From Piromyces finnis finn (taxonomy: Eukaryota > Fungi > Neocallimastigomycota), in contig MCFH01000007.1 of the NCBI GenBank assembly GCA_002104945.1, positions 806,001-870,000 of the forward strand: a stretch of 64,000 bases of DNA, in the 5' to 3' direction. How positions within the stretch are numbered: the first letter of the stretch is position 1; every line of letters starts with the position of its first letter. Both the position numbers and the translations under genes were made by a program. Positions 28,853 to 50,193 of the stretch are shown piece after piece. Under the pieces are notes generated by a model. The model was not told where the DNA came from. It was given only the letters and a program-made list of their open reading frames with translations, and made no database searches.

Positions 28853-31800
28853 TTTTTTTTAATATTTTTTTTTTAAAAAGGTATTTTGTTTTTGTGTGTA
28901 GGTACTTTTTAGTATATTTAATTTTTTTCAAATAAAAAGGTATACTTTTTATTTATCAATTTATTTTTGTAGGAAAGTGTGTAAAAAGATAGTTACTTTA
29001 AAAATGTATATATATATATATATATATTTTTATTTTTATTTTTTTTATAAAGAATAAAAATAGTTTATTAAAAGAAAGAAAGAAAAAAAAAAAAAAGCGT
29101 TTTATAAAAGAAGTAAAACAAAACGTATATATTTTTTATGGTAATAGTTTTTTGTTTTTTTTAAAAAAGGTAAATATATTTTATTTTTTTTTATATTCCC
29201 TTTTTTACTTTAAAAGTGTCCTTTGAAAGTTTTTTTTTTTTTTTTATTTTTTATTTATTTATCTATTTAAAACCACTATTATTACAAATTATTATGGTTT
29301 CTTTTAGTATTAACTATTTTTTTTTTTCTAAAATGTTAATTTACAAAATTTATAATAAAAATAAAAAAATAAAAAAAATTTTAAAGAGAAATATAAATCT
29401 TTTTATACCATCATTTTAGCACTTTTTTTTTTTTTTGATACTTTTTTATTTCAACAAATAGATTTTAATATTTTCAAATAATATTAAATAATATATTTTT
29501 ATATTAAAAAAAGTTTAATACAAAAAAAATCATCAATTTATATATAATTTATAGTATTATATAGATGATGATTTATTATTTATTAAATCTATTGAACTTT
29601 TAAAAATACAAATAATAAACCATTCCTACAGAGAATACATTTAACTATTAAACTTTTCTTTATACCTCATGAAAAGAGTGAAATATCCTTTTTTTTTTTT
29701 TTTTTTTTTAATTTTCCCTCTTTTTTCTTATTTTGTTCATCCTCCTCAGAAACACCAAAAACAAACTTTACTTTTTTAAATGAAATACATTACATTATAT
29801 TACGTAGTTTATTAAAGGTAAAAAAAAACAAAATTTTAATTTAACATTTTAATAGACCAATTTTAATAATTAGTGAAATTATCTTTTCTTATAATACAAT
29901 ATAATGTAATATATGGAAGAATTAAATTAGTTTTAAAAATTTTATTAAGATTTCTTTTTTGTAGAGCTATCACTCTTTTTTTATTTTAAATCTTATTTAC
30001 TATTCGATATATATTATTCTATTATTTTTAATTTATTTAAAAATAAAAAATAACTAAATCAAATGATATTACAATATATTATTCAATATATATTTATATA
30101 TATTGACTTTTTTTTAAAAAAAACAAACAACAGCATATGAATTATATTATATAATATATTATTTAATTAAATAATTTAATATTTTTAAATTTTTTAAAAA
30201 TAATTTTATTAACTATTTAATTCATTTTAATTATACTGTAATATATAGGTGACTATATATTATTTTTATTATCTATTAAACTATTTCATTATAAAATTTA
30301 GAATGAATATAAGCATCGTCGTGATGTGACTAGGAAGAGGGGAGGATGAGGTCAAAAAGAAAAATTGTATTTTTATATATAGAACAACAGCAACAACAAC
30401 AACAACAATTGTAATTTTAATCATTTAAATATGGCCGTTATCAACAATGCAAGACAAACAATACAACAAAGATGACTTTTTTTTTATATAAAAAAAATAA
30501 AGGTGAAAAAGAGAAAAATGTGAAAATTGTTTGGATAAGCGTTAGAATTGATTCTATTCAAAGAGTAAAAAAAAATCTAATAGAAATTGATAGTTTTAGA
30601 TATCTTCTATATTTATTGCCTTTTTTTTTTAACTATCACCAATAACAATAACATTAAACCAGTTGAAAAAAGAAATACTTGAGAATGATAATAGATTTTG
30701 TAAAAAAAAAAAACAAAGGTCACTTTGTTAAAATTCCCCTATTTTTTTTTTTTTTTTTGAGGAAAGAAAAGAAGATTGAATTATCAAAAGTAAATGTATA
30801 CCGTAGTTGGTTTCACTCATATTAGTATAAAATATTGTTATGATTGTTGCTGTAATTTTTTTAAAAAAAAGCGTAATATATTTATTCTAGTTAACCTAGT
30901 CTTTCCTAACAAAACAAAACAAAAGAAAAAAAATTTTTTTTCTATTATTACGGTATTATTATGTGTTATCGAAGAAAACCAATAATGATAACAATATATT
31001 CTACGGTTAAAAATTTTATTGTAAAATGGTTCAAAGGGCAGTAATTAGTAATTCCAATTTTTATATATATATATATATTTTTAAAAAAGTATAAAAACAA
31101 TAAAGCATAACAACAATAGTAGAAACCATACAAATAAAATTGAATAAAAAACTAAATAATAATGAAAAAATATAGATAGATATTACTATATATATTAAAA
31201 TCATATTTAATTCTCACCTTTAATCTTTTGAAAAAATAAAAAAGTAAATTTAAATTAACAGTCCATTTTTTTTTCCTTGTAAAGGAATAAATAATCATCT
31301 ACTCACTTTTATTATTACTAGTTTATAATTTTATTAAATGTTTTTTTTTTTCTGACATTTAATTATACAAATTGAAATAATTTATTTCAAATTAGTCATG
31401 TCACTGTGAATTAATAATTCATTTTAAATATATATACTTTTTTTTTTTTTTATTCCTATTACTATTTTTATTAATACCATCCTCTCATCTCTTCTTTTTT
31501 TCTTCTTACTACTTTTTACCAATTTCTATTTTCTATAAGTTTTTGTTTTTCAATTTCCCTTTCTTTTCTTTATTTTTAATTTGCTTTTCTTTGTTGTTTT
31601 ATTATTTTTTTTTTTTTAATATTATTTAATATATTGTGGAGTATTAAATTAAATTCTTAGTTGGTTTAATGTAATGAATATAATGGGATATATTAAGTAA
31701 TATATTCTAAATATAGATTGTATGACTTCAATTAATATATATTAAATCCATATCTATTGATTGATATAAATATTTTATTTATTCAATGACTATTAAAAAA

Positions 31801-31980
31801 AAAAAATCATATATAAACTAATTATGATTAGCATTTTTGGGATAAACCATCCTTAAAAAGACCTTAACCATAAAACTTGCCAAAAAAAGATAGAAAAGAA
31901 ATAAGCAATAGAAAAAAAAATAATAAATATCGTTTATTAATAAGCTTAAAAACAGAAGTAGTCTATTATTTAATAATGAT

Positions 31981-32075
31981 AATAAATGGGGTAGTAATAT
32001 GTAATATTCATAATATTCATAACAATAAATGGAGTAGTAATATGTAATATTCATAATATTCATAATATTCATAAT
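31981..32075. repeat. Two near-identical ~43-bp direct repeats with an internal (taatattca)n array
   Basis: aataaatggRgtagtaatatgtaatattcataatattcataa starts at 31981 and again at 32024. Confidence 0.85.
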
Positions 32076-34177
32076 AAATATTACTATTGTTACTATTACA
32101 AATAATAATGATAAAAGACAATTTATTATGCCATAACACCTATTTCGATTTATAGATTATTAAAGTTAATTTTTTTTATGATACTTTTCAATTTTTTTAT
32201 TTCATAAAAATCTTATTATTTTATAGAATTACTAAAGAATGATAAATTAAAAATTTATAGTCATGTTAATGTTGATACACCCAAGTTAGTCCTACTAGAG
32301 TACATGTTTATTAAAATAGTGTTAATTTTTCAAATTATGATTTAAATAGTATTATTCTAATAACTTTTTTTTTTTAATAGTTTTCCTATTAAAAATAGTA
32401 TAAAAATGGTAACTATTATCAATGCTATATTATTGAAGCATTATTGTTTAGGAGAATAGAAAAAAAAAAAAAAGACTCTCCTCCTATTCAACTATTCAAC
32501 ACTCACTAATTCCATTAAATATCAAAAAAATATATTTATGGGAAAAATTGGTATTAAATTAAAAATCTAAAAATGTAACAAAAATTTTGGTGTAACATTT
32601 AATAATTTTAATTTATTAAATATAATTTAATATAATATATATTATAATATATTACACAATTAAATTGAAGTCATTTTAAAGAAAAAAAAATAAATTAAAA
32701 AGTGATAAATACATTTTCTTTATTTTGGTATTTATTAGGGAAAAGGCAAATGTAATTATTCTATTCCATAAAAACTATAAAAACTATAGGTAATTAAAAT
32801 AACAAAAGAAAAAAAAAAATGAAGGAAAACTGAAGAGTTTTTAATAAGTTATATAATGAAAAAAACAAAGATAATAACAGAAAATTTAATAATTACTTGC
32901 TTGCTGCAAACTCTAGAGTTACTGCCATTTAAACCTATAGAAATTATTTAATGAGAAAGGGTGTTACTACTTTTTTTATATTATATTTTATAAATAATCA
33001 TTCATATATATATATGTTTTAAACTATTCCCAGTATAAATAAATGATATAAATAATAAAAAATTTTCAATCATAGACATTTCTATAGCCTCAATAGTATA
33101 AATTATTTTAAATTAAGAAGAAGAAGAAGAATAAATTTATCATTTGATTTATATAAATGAACAATAAATTTATATTAGGTAAATATACTTTTTATAAACT
33201 AAAAAAAAAAAAAAGTATAGATAAAAAAATAATAGACTATCTATAAATAAAAACGAAAATATAAAATGAAAATTATTTGTGATTAGGTTGGTATAATAGT
33301 TTGATGAACTCTGCAATTTGTATTGTGTGGGATTGATCCCTACCTAATAAATTAAATGAAATAAAATAGAAAAATAATAGCATGAAGGTTGGTGTGATAG
33401 CCGTTAAATTTAAATATGTGTTCTTAATGCTTTCATTTAATGAAAGACTAACATTGAACCTATATAAGGAAACATAAATAATATTTTTTTTTCCAATGTT
33501 AACACAACATTGACGTTTTCAATTATGTTAAAAATCTTATTAAACTTTTCAAAAAGTTACTCCATTATTGAGCTACTAATAGTAAGTTGTACAACATGAA
33601 ATTCCTCGATGAACTATAAAATTCATCACTTAAAAATATTTTTTTGTTCCACCTTATCAATTAGTAGCTCATCCAAAGATAAAAATCTTATCAAGAAGGA
33701 AATGAAAAGTAATTCTATAAAATAAAAACTATTTTTTTTTTTAAATACACAAAAAATAATAAAATAAAATACACTTTTTTTATTTCAATAAAATTTTTTA
33801 TTTTATTGGGTTTATATCATTAAATAATATGGGTTCAGATGAAAAGGGAAAAAAAAAATATCTAATGTATTTATATTATTAAATATGTAATGAAAAAAAA
33901 ATTTCAACTTTTAGGATGTATCACTACTACTTATTATATTTTTAAAATATAAATAATAAATTAACAATTAAAAAAAAAAACTGTTATATATACAATACAA
34001 AATGTTACTCATTGATTATATAATCATGATAATAAAAAGAAACAATAGTATTATTATTTAATATATATTATACATATTATATATATATGTATATTGTTTT
34101 ACTGACGGATTTAATAATGATGATATTATAATGCTTAAATTATAATTTTTTTTTTCATTATTGAACTTTTTTATTTA

Positions 34178-40380
<6,203 letters not shown>

Positions 40381-41129
40381 TTTTTATTTTTTATTTTTTA
40401 TTTTTAAAAATGAAAATTAAAGAATATTGAAATTAATGTCATTTAAAATAGTGTTATATATAAATATAATTTTAATAAGAATAATATTCAAGCTTTAAAA
40501 AAAAAAAAAAAAAAACAAAGGCAAAAAGGCAAAAAGTGAATCTATTTGGTTATTATTTATTATTCTATATATTTTTTCCTTATAATATTTCATTTCATGT
40601 TTAAGCTTATTATTTTATTTTCTTTAAAATAACTTTATTATTATTTCTTTTTTTTTTTTTTTTTAATATATATATTTATATTATTTAAAGAATCCTTTTT
40701 TTATAATTTTTTATTAATGCTTACAGTTAACATTTTCAAACTTTAAATAATCTTATTTTTATTAAAATTATTTTTAAAAAAAAAATTAATTATTTATATT
40801 ATTTTATTATATATATATTATAGGATAAATTTGTAAAACAAAAGGTATATTATTTTGATGATGAAAAATGTAAACTTATATTAAAAAAAGAGGATTTTAA
40901 AAAATTATATATAAGAATAAATTATAAAAAATAAAACAAAAATAAAAAAAAATTCTATTTTTTTTTAAAAGTTATTATTAATATATAGGTAGTAATAAAA
41001 TGACGTTTTTTTTTTTTTTTTTTTTTAGTGGTATAAAAGATTAAAATTTCTATTTTTTTTTAAATAAATAATTTACTAGTTAATGTAATATAAATAAGTT
41101 ATTAAATAATTTATAGTTTAAATATGATA

Positions 41130-41701
41130 TTAATTTTGTTCCGCATATGATAATTGTTCTTCTTCCCCTTTAACCTTATATGTTACTACTTCAGATAGTC
41201 TATTAGTTCTAACATTACTAGGTGTGGCTAAATTATCTTTTGCTTTATTATTTAACCATGTACTTGTTATCATGAATATATTTGATCTTCTTACATGATT
41301 TTTCTTTTCGTAATGAATATCAATGAACTTTCTGATGTATAGGAAGTAAAGAATGAAATGTGAAGAAATGATTAATCCTATTGAATTAAAATAATATATC
41401 AATGTATAATTATTTCCATTTATTTTCTCTACAACACTATTTAGTAGAATGTAAGATAGAAAGATATAAATTGGAACTGATAATGGCTTTTATTATATGT
41501 AAATAAACAAATAAATTAAATGGTTATATTTTAATTGTTAGGAAATTCCTGCACTCGAACTATGTTTTACATAATATACTATACATACTTCTTTAAATTT
41601 TTTATTTATTTTTCTTATTCCGTAGGCAAAACATGTTCCAATAATTATAGCAATTACATTCAATACCGAGCTTTATAAAAAAAAAAATTATTTTATACCT
41701 T

Positions 41702-41768
<67 letters not shown>

Positions 41769-43741
41769 CTCGTTACTTGGATTTTATTATAAACGCAAAC
41801 TTCAAATTCTTTTTCGTTTTCATCATTAATTACTATTAACTTTGAGGAATGTGTTAAATGCTCTATTAGTGCTAATGTAGATTGTATTAACACATAAGAA
41901 ATCAAGAAACCATATTTTGAGAGAATAATATATTTAACATTTATTGTTTTAATTGCTTTGAAACTATTATAAATTATATATGTATATAACATAATCATAA
42001 AATTAAATTAAGCCATGTTTATATATATTAAGTATTTTTTTGATTATTTGTAATTATTTACATAAAGAAAACTCTGTATGATTTTGTAATAATTGAACCA
42101 AAAATTAATGAGAAGCCCTAATAATATTATGAAAATAAAATATATAATATTAGTTTTTTTTTTTTTTTTTTTTTTTTTTTAACTTTATCTTATACTTTTA
42201 GTGATATATATTTTAAATTTACAAGATTCTTAAGATATGCAATAATTGTACATTGAATATCCGAAAAATTATATTTAGTTAACAAGAGGATATATATAAA
42301 ATTACATATTAATCCAATAAGGATTAAATTTAAAAAGTCGTAACTTCCTATAAATTATAATAAAATATAAGTTTATATATCTCATTAAAGATTATTAATT
42401 AATTATATGATCCTTACCGGCTTTAACTATTTCATGATTTTTATAATAAAAGAGGAATAACATTATAATAAATGTATATATTATGGAAGATATACTTATA
42501 GTTATAAGTGATATATTTAAAAATTGATTTCTTTTTAATTTATATCTTTCCGTGCAATCTTTTCCTGTAAATTTAGTGTTTGAACAATCACATAAATTAT
42601 CAGTTACACAATTTCCATTGTTCATACAAATTGGCTCACAAGCCGGTAGATAACTTTGTATTATATATATTTCATATAAATAAATATTTATATATTTTAA
42701 TTTTTTGAAACAATTAATGATAATTTATATAGTTTTAAATTTATTGGCATAATTTTTTAAAAAAAAAAATATTAGAAATGATTATTTTTATTCATACCAT
42801 GCTTTAATATTTACACCATATTTATCTTGATTAATGTATGTATTATTATTGCATTCTTTAATTATGACATTTAAAGAAATCTTATTTTGCTTAAATTCAT
42901 AGTAATGTCCTTTTTTTATAATATTAATAATTATATATATTTAAAGAGATTGTTAATAAAATTTTATATTTATAATGATTATTATATGTAAAACAACAAC
43001 AACAACAACAACAATAATAATAATATCATAATAATAATAATTACCAAAAGAAACTATTTCTAATTGTAAAATATATTCACCAGGATTTGCAATTACTTAA
43101 ATATATAAATATATATATTATTAGATATAATTTTTTTTATAAATTATTATGAAAAATTCACTAACATCTCAGATCTTTAAATTTGCATTGATTATTTATA
43201 CAGAAGCCTTTATATGAACCAGTAACTTTTGTTCGAATAGATTTATCACGTACTCCAATTAAAGATATTTCATAGAAAATCAAATTATCTAATTTTAGTT
43301 CATTTATACTACTATCAATTTTAAATGCTATAGAATAAAGAGTATTATTTATAAAAGATAGACTTTTAGTCATTCATCTAATATTTTGTAATTAAAGTAT
43401 TTTCAATATTTTTATTAAGAACATATTATTTATTACTATTTTTATAGTCATCATAGATAGTACCTATTAAATTATATAAATCAATAATTATTTTAAAAAA
43501 TATAATGATTATATATTAATTTAATATAAATAAATTACAAGAATATTCCTGATCAATTCTATCGCCTGAATATATTTCTAATGTATCGTCAGTGTTATAG
43601 TTATCAAATAAAAGTCGAGTTGGATTTGTTACAAAATTGTTTTTATCTGATCTTAGATTTATATTATTACTAGGGTCTGAATTACTAAAAAAAGGCTCAT
43701 GAAGAATATCATATGAGTAACAAATGTTACCTAATATATAA

Positions 43742-43785
<44 letters not shown>

Positions 43786-46700
43786 TAAAACATTGTATAT
43801 TATTTTTTAATTCATAATTAAAATTTGAAGAAAAATCTAAATACCAAGTAAGGCTTTATTATTCTCAAAAATGCAATCTGTGATGTATATTCCAAGGCTT
43901 TCATCATTTCTTCCATTAGAATAAATAAGACCTCCATAATTTGTTGCCGTATTATCAATAAATTGACTATTATAAATTGATATCATTGTAGGTGCACCAC
44001 TCTTAACATCATTATAATATAATAGTGTTCCTCTATATGATGTGTTATTTTTGAATATTACGGTATTAATTGTTATAATTGAAAATTGTGATTCCCATTC
44101 ATTTGAGAAATACATTAATCCATATTTAAAATATGAATTCGTTATCATAGAATTACTGATTTCTGTCATTCCTGGTTTAACTTTAAATCCAATTACTATA
44201 TATGTTATCATAATAAAAATTAATTATTAATAGGAATAAATTCAGTACTTTTTTTTATTTTTTTTAATAACCATACATCCATAAATTTTATTAAGTAAGC
44301 AATAATTGAATTTTATTAACATGGAAAAAGTAGTTAAATCAACTACTCCATTAAATTCTATAAGTGCCGCTTCAGAATTATCATCTATTTCTTCTTTTAA
44401 TAAACTACATTCATTGTTTTCGTGACAATAATGAATATTATCTATCTAATGTTATATTTCAAGTAAATACAAATACATATTCATATAATAAATATACTAT
44501 TACAATTAATATTTTTTTTTATCAAGTTATTTTAAAATTATTATTTAAAATTTTACCTCTGTGTGATATAATTCTACGTAGCAACTATTAATGAGGAATA
44601 GTACTAATTAATTGTATTAAATTTAAATAATGTTATTCAATGAATAAGTATATGCATTTATAAACTTTTGTATTAATAAATTAATTATATATTATTTGAT
44701 TGTATTTATTATCGTAATACCTCCATCTTGAAAAACATTTTTTAATGATAAACTGAATCCAAAAAATGATGCTATATATATTAGTAATATAATATTTATG
44801 ATTAATTATTATCCATAATAATATAGTTATGCTTATTGTTTAGTTTTTATATTATATGTTGAATATAAAACTTATTCCTTTACTTTCTGTAAAAAAATCA
44901 TTATTATTAATATTAAAGACAGGGTGAGAGTGTAATGAATAGAAATTTAAAATATCTACAAAATTCATCAAAATGACAGCCTCATTTTCCTGATATACTA
45001 ATCTATATCATAATAGTAAATTAAAAATATGAGAAAAAAAAAAATGAAATAGACTTTATTTATTAATAAATAATCATTATCATTGCAAATGAATTGTTAC
45101 CCAATGTGAGTTCCTTCAATATTAGTAAATGTAGAACTTATATATTTATATAATTCAATTAATGATATAATATTATATATTATTCATATATCTATAGATA
45201 AATAGATAGATAGAATGAATATATATTAAAAATAATCTTATGAATTTAACATACTTATTAAATTTGATTTTTGATCCATTTGAATGTACTAGAGTTGAGT
45301 CGTAACCATAATTTTCATGGTAAATATTATTAACGTTTAAAAAGTCAAATGAAATATTTGCTCCATTTATTAATTTATTTGTTGTTCTTATAAGAGATCC
45401 TTCATCTTTAATATAAATATTTTCCATAGTTATATTCCTAATAATAATAATTTGCATTAATATTTTTTTTTTTTAATTTTTTAATTTATAAAATATAAAA
45501 AATATAACTTTGTTTTCCCCTTTATATTTAATATATACTTTAAAACAGCTTTTACATCACCATCAAAACTCATGACAGTTCCTGTTGATATATCCGTTCC
45601 ATAATAATTTTCAATCGATAGTATATTATTTCCATATGTACTACAAAATAATTTAAAATATTATTTTGAATATATTTATATATATATATAAAAATAAATA
45701 TATATAAATATATAAATACAAATATATAAACATATATATAACTATAAAATAATATTTTTAAATGTTTACCTAAAAAAAGTTCCTTCAATCGAATTCCTTA
45801 TCAATCTATTTTGATCTCCAATTTGCGTTATATTATATACATATGTTGTTGTATTATAGAAATTATCTGATGTAATAGTAAATGTATGCCCCTATTTATT
45901 TTAATATTTTATATTTTATATTAATAAAATAGATTAAATGAGAAATTATTCTTTTTATGTATATAATGTACATATCATATTATAATAACTATTAATAAGT
46001 AAATATTACAGATTCTAAACTTGTAACATTCTTAAACATAACAATATCAATTATTGTAGTATATGTATATTTCAGTGAAATCGATCCTCCATAATTTTCT
46101 GAAAAAACATTTTCAAATTCAGTATTATTAAATGTATTATTTGAATAGGATAACGTCAGAGCTCCTGCACTAATTGATAATTTAAATAAGTAAAAAGAAA
46201 CATTTGTTTTTATTATTTATTTTGGTGAAGGACTGAATTTATTTATCTTTCAATGATAATATATTTTTTATCATTTATATTTATTATGAAAAATACCCAT
46301 TTAATAATTTTCCATTAAACATATTTTCAAATCTAGAATTCAAACATGCTATATTTGAATAGGAACTTATAATTCCACTATTATGATAATTACCAGAAAA
46401 TAGAGTGTTTTTAATATTAAAAGTATTGAAATATTTATTATTACCCAATACTTCAATTAAATATAGATTATAAATATTGTTTCCATAAAATTTTGAGTTT
46501 TCAATATTTATATTATAATTGTTAAAATAGTATCCTGATTTCTCTTCAGGTAAACTAAAGTTTGAATTTAATATATAAAATGTCGATTTTAAATCCAATA
46601 TATTATTGTATGATGTCAATTTTCCTATGAAGTTTACATTTTTAAATGTAATATTCTTATTATTTAAAAAACGAAAATTTCCTATAATAGTAATGTTTTG

Positions 46701-46979
46701 TATTTCTATACTTTCGCATTCTTCATGAAATGAAAAATCAATATCTTTTATGTGTAATTCAGTAGTTACGTTATTTCCAATCAATATAAAATTTTGAGAT
46801 GTTATATTGATATTTTTTGTTTTATTAATACCAATATTATCTTGAATGTATAAAGATTCTTCCTTATTATTAATGTTTTTAATGAATTCATCTTCATTAT
46901 TGATTATTTTTCCATAAATACTAGTTAAATAATTATTAAAATAAATAAATATATAGAATAAAATGTGAAGATATAACAT
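41130..46979 (-). CDS. Class C (7tm_3)-like GPCR with beta-helix and EGF-like ectodomain; paralogue B, ~20+ exons
   Basis: Signal peptide MLYLHILFYIFIYFNNYLTSIYG. Exon 1 aligns with exon 1 of paralogue A and ends the same way (FENMFNGKLLNG vs FEKLFNTKILNG). Repeats FSENYGGSI, FKNNTSYRG, FIDNTATNYGGLIY and FENNKALLG. EGF GCEPICMNNGNCVTDNLCDCSNTKFTGKDC. KAGSYDFLNLILIG, IQC, ECL2 KEFEVC, AIIIGTCFAYGIRKINKKFKE and TM7 YYFNSIGLIISSHFILYFLYIRK. Confidence 0.8.
41703..41767. repeat. (AAT)n microsatellite in an intron of receptor B
   Basis: Direct reading; source of the poly-Tyr tail of ORF 41702-41998. Confidence 0.9.
43742..43785. repeat. Compound (AC)n(AT)n microsatellite in an intron of receptor B
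   Basis: acacacacac...atatatat; source of MCVCVCVCV in ORF 43516-43767. Confidence 0.9.
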
Positions 46980-47072
46980 TATTATATTCTTATATAAAAA
47001 CTGATAGCATCATATTTTTTTTTATTAAAAGAAAATGTTTTATTATTTTATTATAAATATTATTATTACACT

Positions 47073-47100
47073 AATTATTATTATTATTATTATTACTCTA

Positions 47101-47178
<78 letters not shown>
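47073..47178. repeat. Interrupted (ATT)n microsatellite just upstream of receptor B
   Basis: Direct reading. Confidence 0.9.
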
Positions 47179-47180
<2 letters not shown>

Positions 47181-47847
47181 TTATTATTCATTATTAAGGT
47201 TGTTATTATTATGTTTATTATTATTATTATTATTATAAATTAATAGATATTTTTCTTAGTTATCATAGTATTCATTTTTTAGTAATAATCAAAAATTCAT
47301 ATTATTATGAATAACAAAATATCTTTTCTGTCTTTTATAATAAAGTTTATTAAAAAAAAATCCTTTTTTTTTTTTTTTTTTTTAATATTTATTCAATAAA
47401 ATTATAAAAATGTTAAAAATTAAAATAACTTAATTAGATATAAAGAATATTTTTATTTATTTTTTAATTATATTTTATTTAAGTTGATAAAATAGACTAT
47501 ATGAAAAGAAAAGGAGAAATATAAATGAATGAATGAATGATGTATAATATATATGAAATAATCTATTTTATTGAATTTATATTTTGTACTTTAAAATGCT
47601 TAAAATATTTTTTTTTGTTAAGTTGTTAAGTAATATATAATACTAAAATCTATAAACTTTATAAAATATTAAATATATACTAAAAATGAAAAAATCAAAT
47701 AATATAATTCTCCTAAAAATGAATTAAATGAATAAATAAATTGATATTGGGAAGTAATATAATTTGTACTGTTTTAAAAAAAGAATGAGAAAAAAAAATT
47801 GCGAATTATTAATTACAATGATAGTCAATAAATATATATTTCATTTT

Positions 47848-48900
47848 TTATGCAGTAATTTTGTTAGCTTCAGCTTCAAGAGCTGATTTAACGGCATCTG
47901 GGTTGACTTTATTATTTTGTAATACCTCCAATTTAAAGTATTGATGTCCATTTGGAAGTTTAGCAAGAGGAATATCCATATTTGATCTTTTAATAACCTC
48001 ACATACTTCTACATAATTAGAAAATAATTATTTTATAAAATATGTTAATAATATATGTTAATATATGTTAATTATAAAATTAAAAACTCAAAATCTAAAT
48101 GTATACTATATATTTTTTTTTAAAAAAAAAAATTAAAAATGATATTTACTCATTGGTTTATAATCATGTTTATCATGAGATTCACTAAGGAATTCACGAT
48201 TATCTGGTTCACGAATATATTTGTAATTTGGACCATATCCTTTAGGTATTTCACATCTACCTGGATCTTTATAATCTGTTTGAGTTAATGATTTGTAATC
48301 GAATTTTCCTGGTTTTGGAATATATTTCTTTACTCTAGCTAACTGTTTTGGTACTGTTTTTGGCGTGTACGTTGTTTTATAAGTACTGTCTCCTTCAAAT
48401 TTACCAGATGGTACATAGCCTTCTTTTTCTCTAACATATTTCTTTTGAAGTGGCCATTTTACATAATCAACACGTTGACTTGTAGTACCGTCAAATGGTA
48501 ATTTATTTGGAATATATGGTTTTTGTGGCTAATTTTTTAATATATAATAAGGAAAAAAAAATATTAAATTAATAAAATAATAAAAAATATAATAATTTAA
48601 TAGTAAATGATAAAGAAAAAAAAAAAAAAAACTTTTTAAAACTTTTTATAGTTAAATAATAAGAATATTAAAATTACCTGTTGTTCACGAGTATGAATTG
48701 GTAATGGTACATATGTACTTGAATTAACACTTTTGAAATCTCTATCATCTGGTACATTAACATAAGTAGACTTTGGTTTAACAATATTCTTTTCAATATC
48801 CCATGGTTTATATGAGTCAGTAAAGGTTGTTGAAGAATCTAGTTTTTCTTTTGATGGAATATATTGACTTTTTTGCTGTATTATAATAAAATTAATGATA

Positions 48901-48934
<34 letters not shown>

Positions 48935-50193
48935 GTTTATTTCCATTGATATTTAGTTATAATTTTATTTAAAATTAAATAATGTATATAAAATATAAAT
49001 AAATAAAATATTTAGATATACAATTACATAAATAAATATTAATAACTATAAAAAAATATTGTATAATTATATTATTATATCATAAGGTGTATAATATATT
49101 ACTTTAACACGGTTAAGTGGAACTTTCATTTCAATATAATCATTATGATTAGTACTTTTGAAGTCACGATCATCTTTTGATGATATATAAGGTATTTTTT
49201 CTTTTGGTGGTCTAATTTGAATTTCCCATGGTTTATAATCATCTTTTGTAGTAGTTGTACCGATTTTACCTTTACTTGGGATATATTCTTTTCTTGGAGG
49301 TCTTGTTAATGGCTTAACTTCCCATGGTTTATAATCTGATGTAAATGTACTCTCCCCAACAAATTTTGTATTTGGTATTGCTTGGTTTTCTGGGCGAACT
49401 CTTGGATCTGGTTTAACGTTCCACTCTGGATAATCAGCTTTAAAAGTAGAAGTTCCGTCAAATTTATTTTTATTTGGAATATATTTATTTAATGCTTTCT
49501 GTATTTTTTTATTTAAAAAAAAAAATGCATATAACAAAAGAATAATTTATAAAAATTTATTTTATTTTTTAATATACATTTATATTTTATAATTATATAT
49601 TATTATTATAATATTTACAGCTGTTCTTTTTTCAAGTGGATGCTTAACATATTGTTCTTGGTAACTAGTAGTACTATCAAATTTCCCAGTATCTTTATAT
49701 ACAAATTCCTTTTTATAATTTGGTCTGGATACTTCTTTTTTAATATAATTGTCAGTATATTCTGTTCATATAGAAAAAGGAGAGAGAACAAAACAAAATT
49801 TAAAATATTAATTATTTGAATTATAATATATATAGAATTACAATTAAAATTTTTTTTATTAATTAAAGGTATAAAAATTTTTTATAATTTTTTTTTTGAA
49901 ATTTCTTTTTATAAAATATTATAATATATACCAGTAGCTTTTTGCATAGGTGGACCAACCTTTCTTTTAGAAACTTGGCAATGATGCTTATGACATGTAC
50001 AGACTAATTTTTAATTATATAGAAAATATTAGATTAATATAAATCTTTTTATTTAAATTTTTATTATTAGTTTATAGTTTTATTATTCAATTTTTTATTC
50101 AGAGTTATCGTTAAACGATTGATGATATTAACCTTCACAGACACATCTGTGATCACAGGTCATTTCAATCGGGGAAAATATTTGTTTTGTCAT
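47848..50193 (-). CDS. SAXO1: SAXO/FAM154 family (STOP/MAP6-related) stabilizer of axonemal microtubules, multi-exon
   Basis: The spliced N-terminus CDHRCVCEV/CTCHKHHC matches the SAXO Cys/His cluster (CxCxxCxCxxHHC). It is followed by repeated STTxxxDY.PW-type motifs: DSTTSYQEQY, GTSTFKADYPEW, GESTFTSDYKPW, TTTKDDYKPW, SSTTFTDSYKPW and GTTSQRVDYVKW. Stop at 47848. Confidence 0.85.

Noticed and set aside
30313-30360. GC-rich island with gtgatg (box C-like) as a snoRNA candidate
   Set aside because: No downstream CTGA box D or terminal stem; kept only as an unexplained island.
30794-30985. ORF containing CYDCCCN as a second Cys-rich peptide
   Set aside because: No signal-peptide logic, runs through poly-T/poly-A tracts, and the Cys cluster comes from a tgttgctg low-complexity patch.
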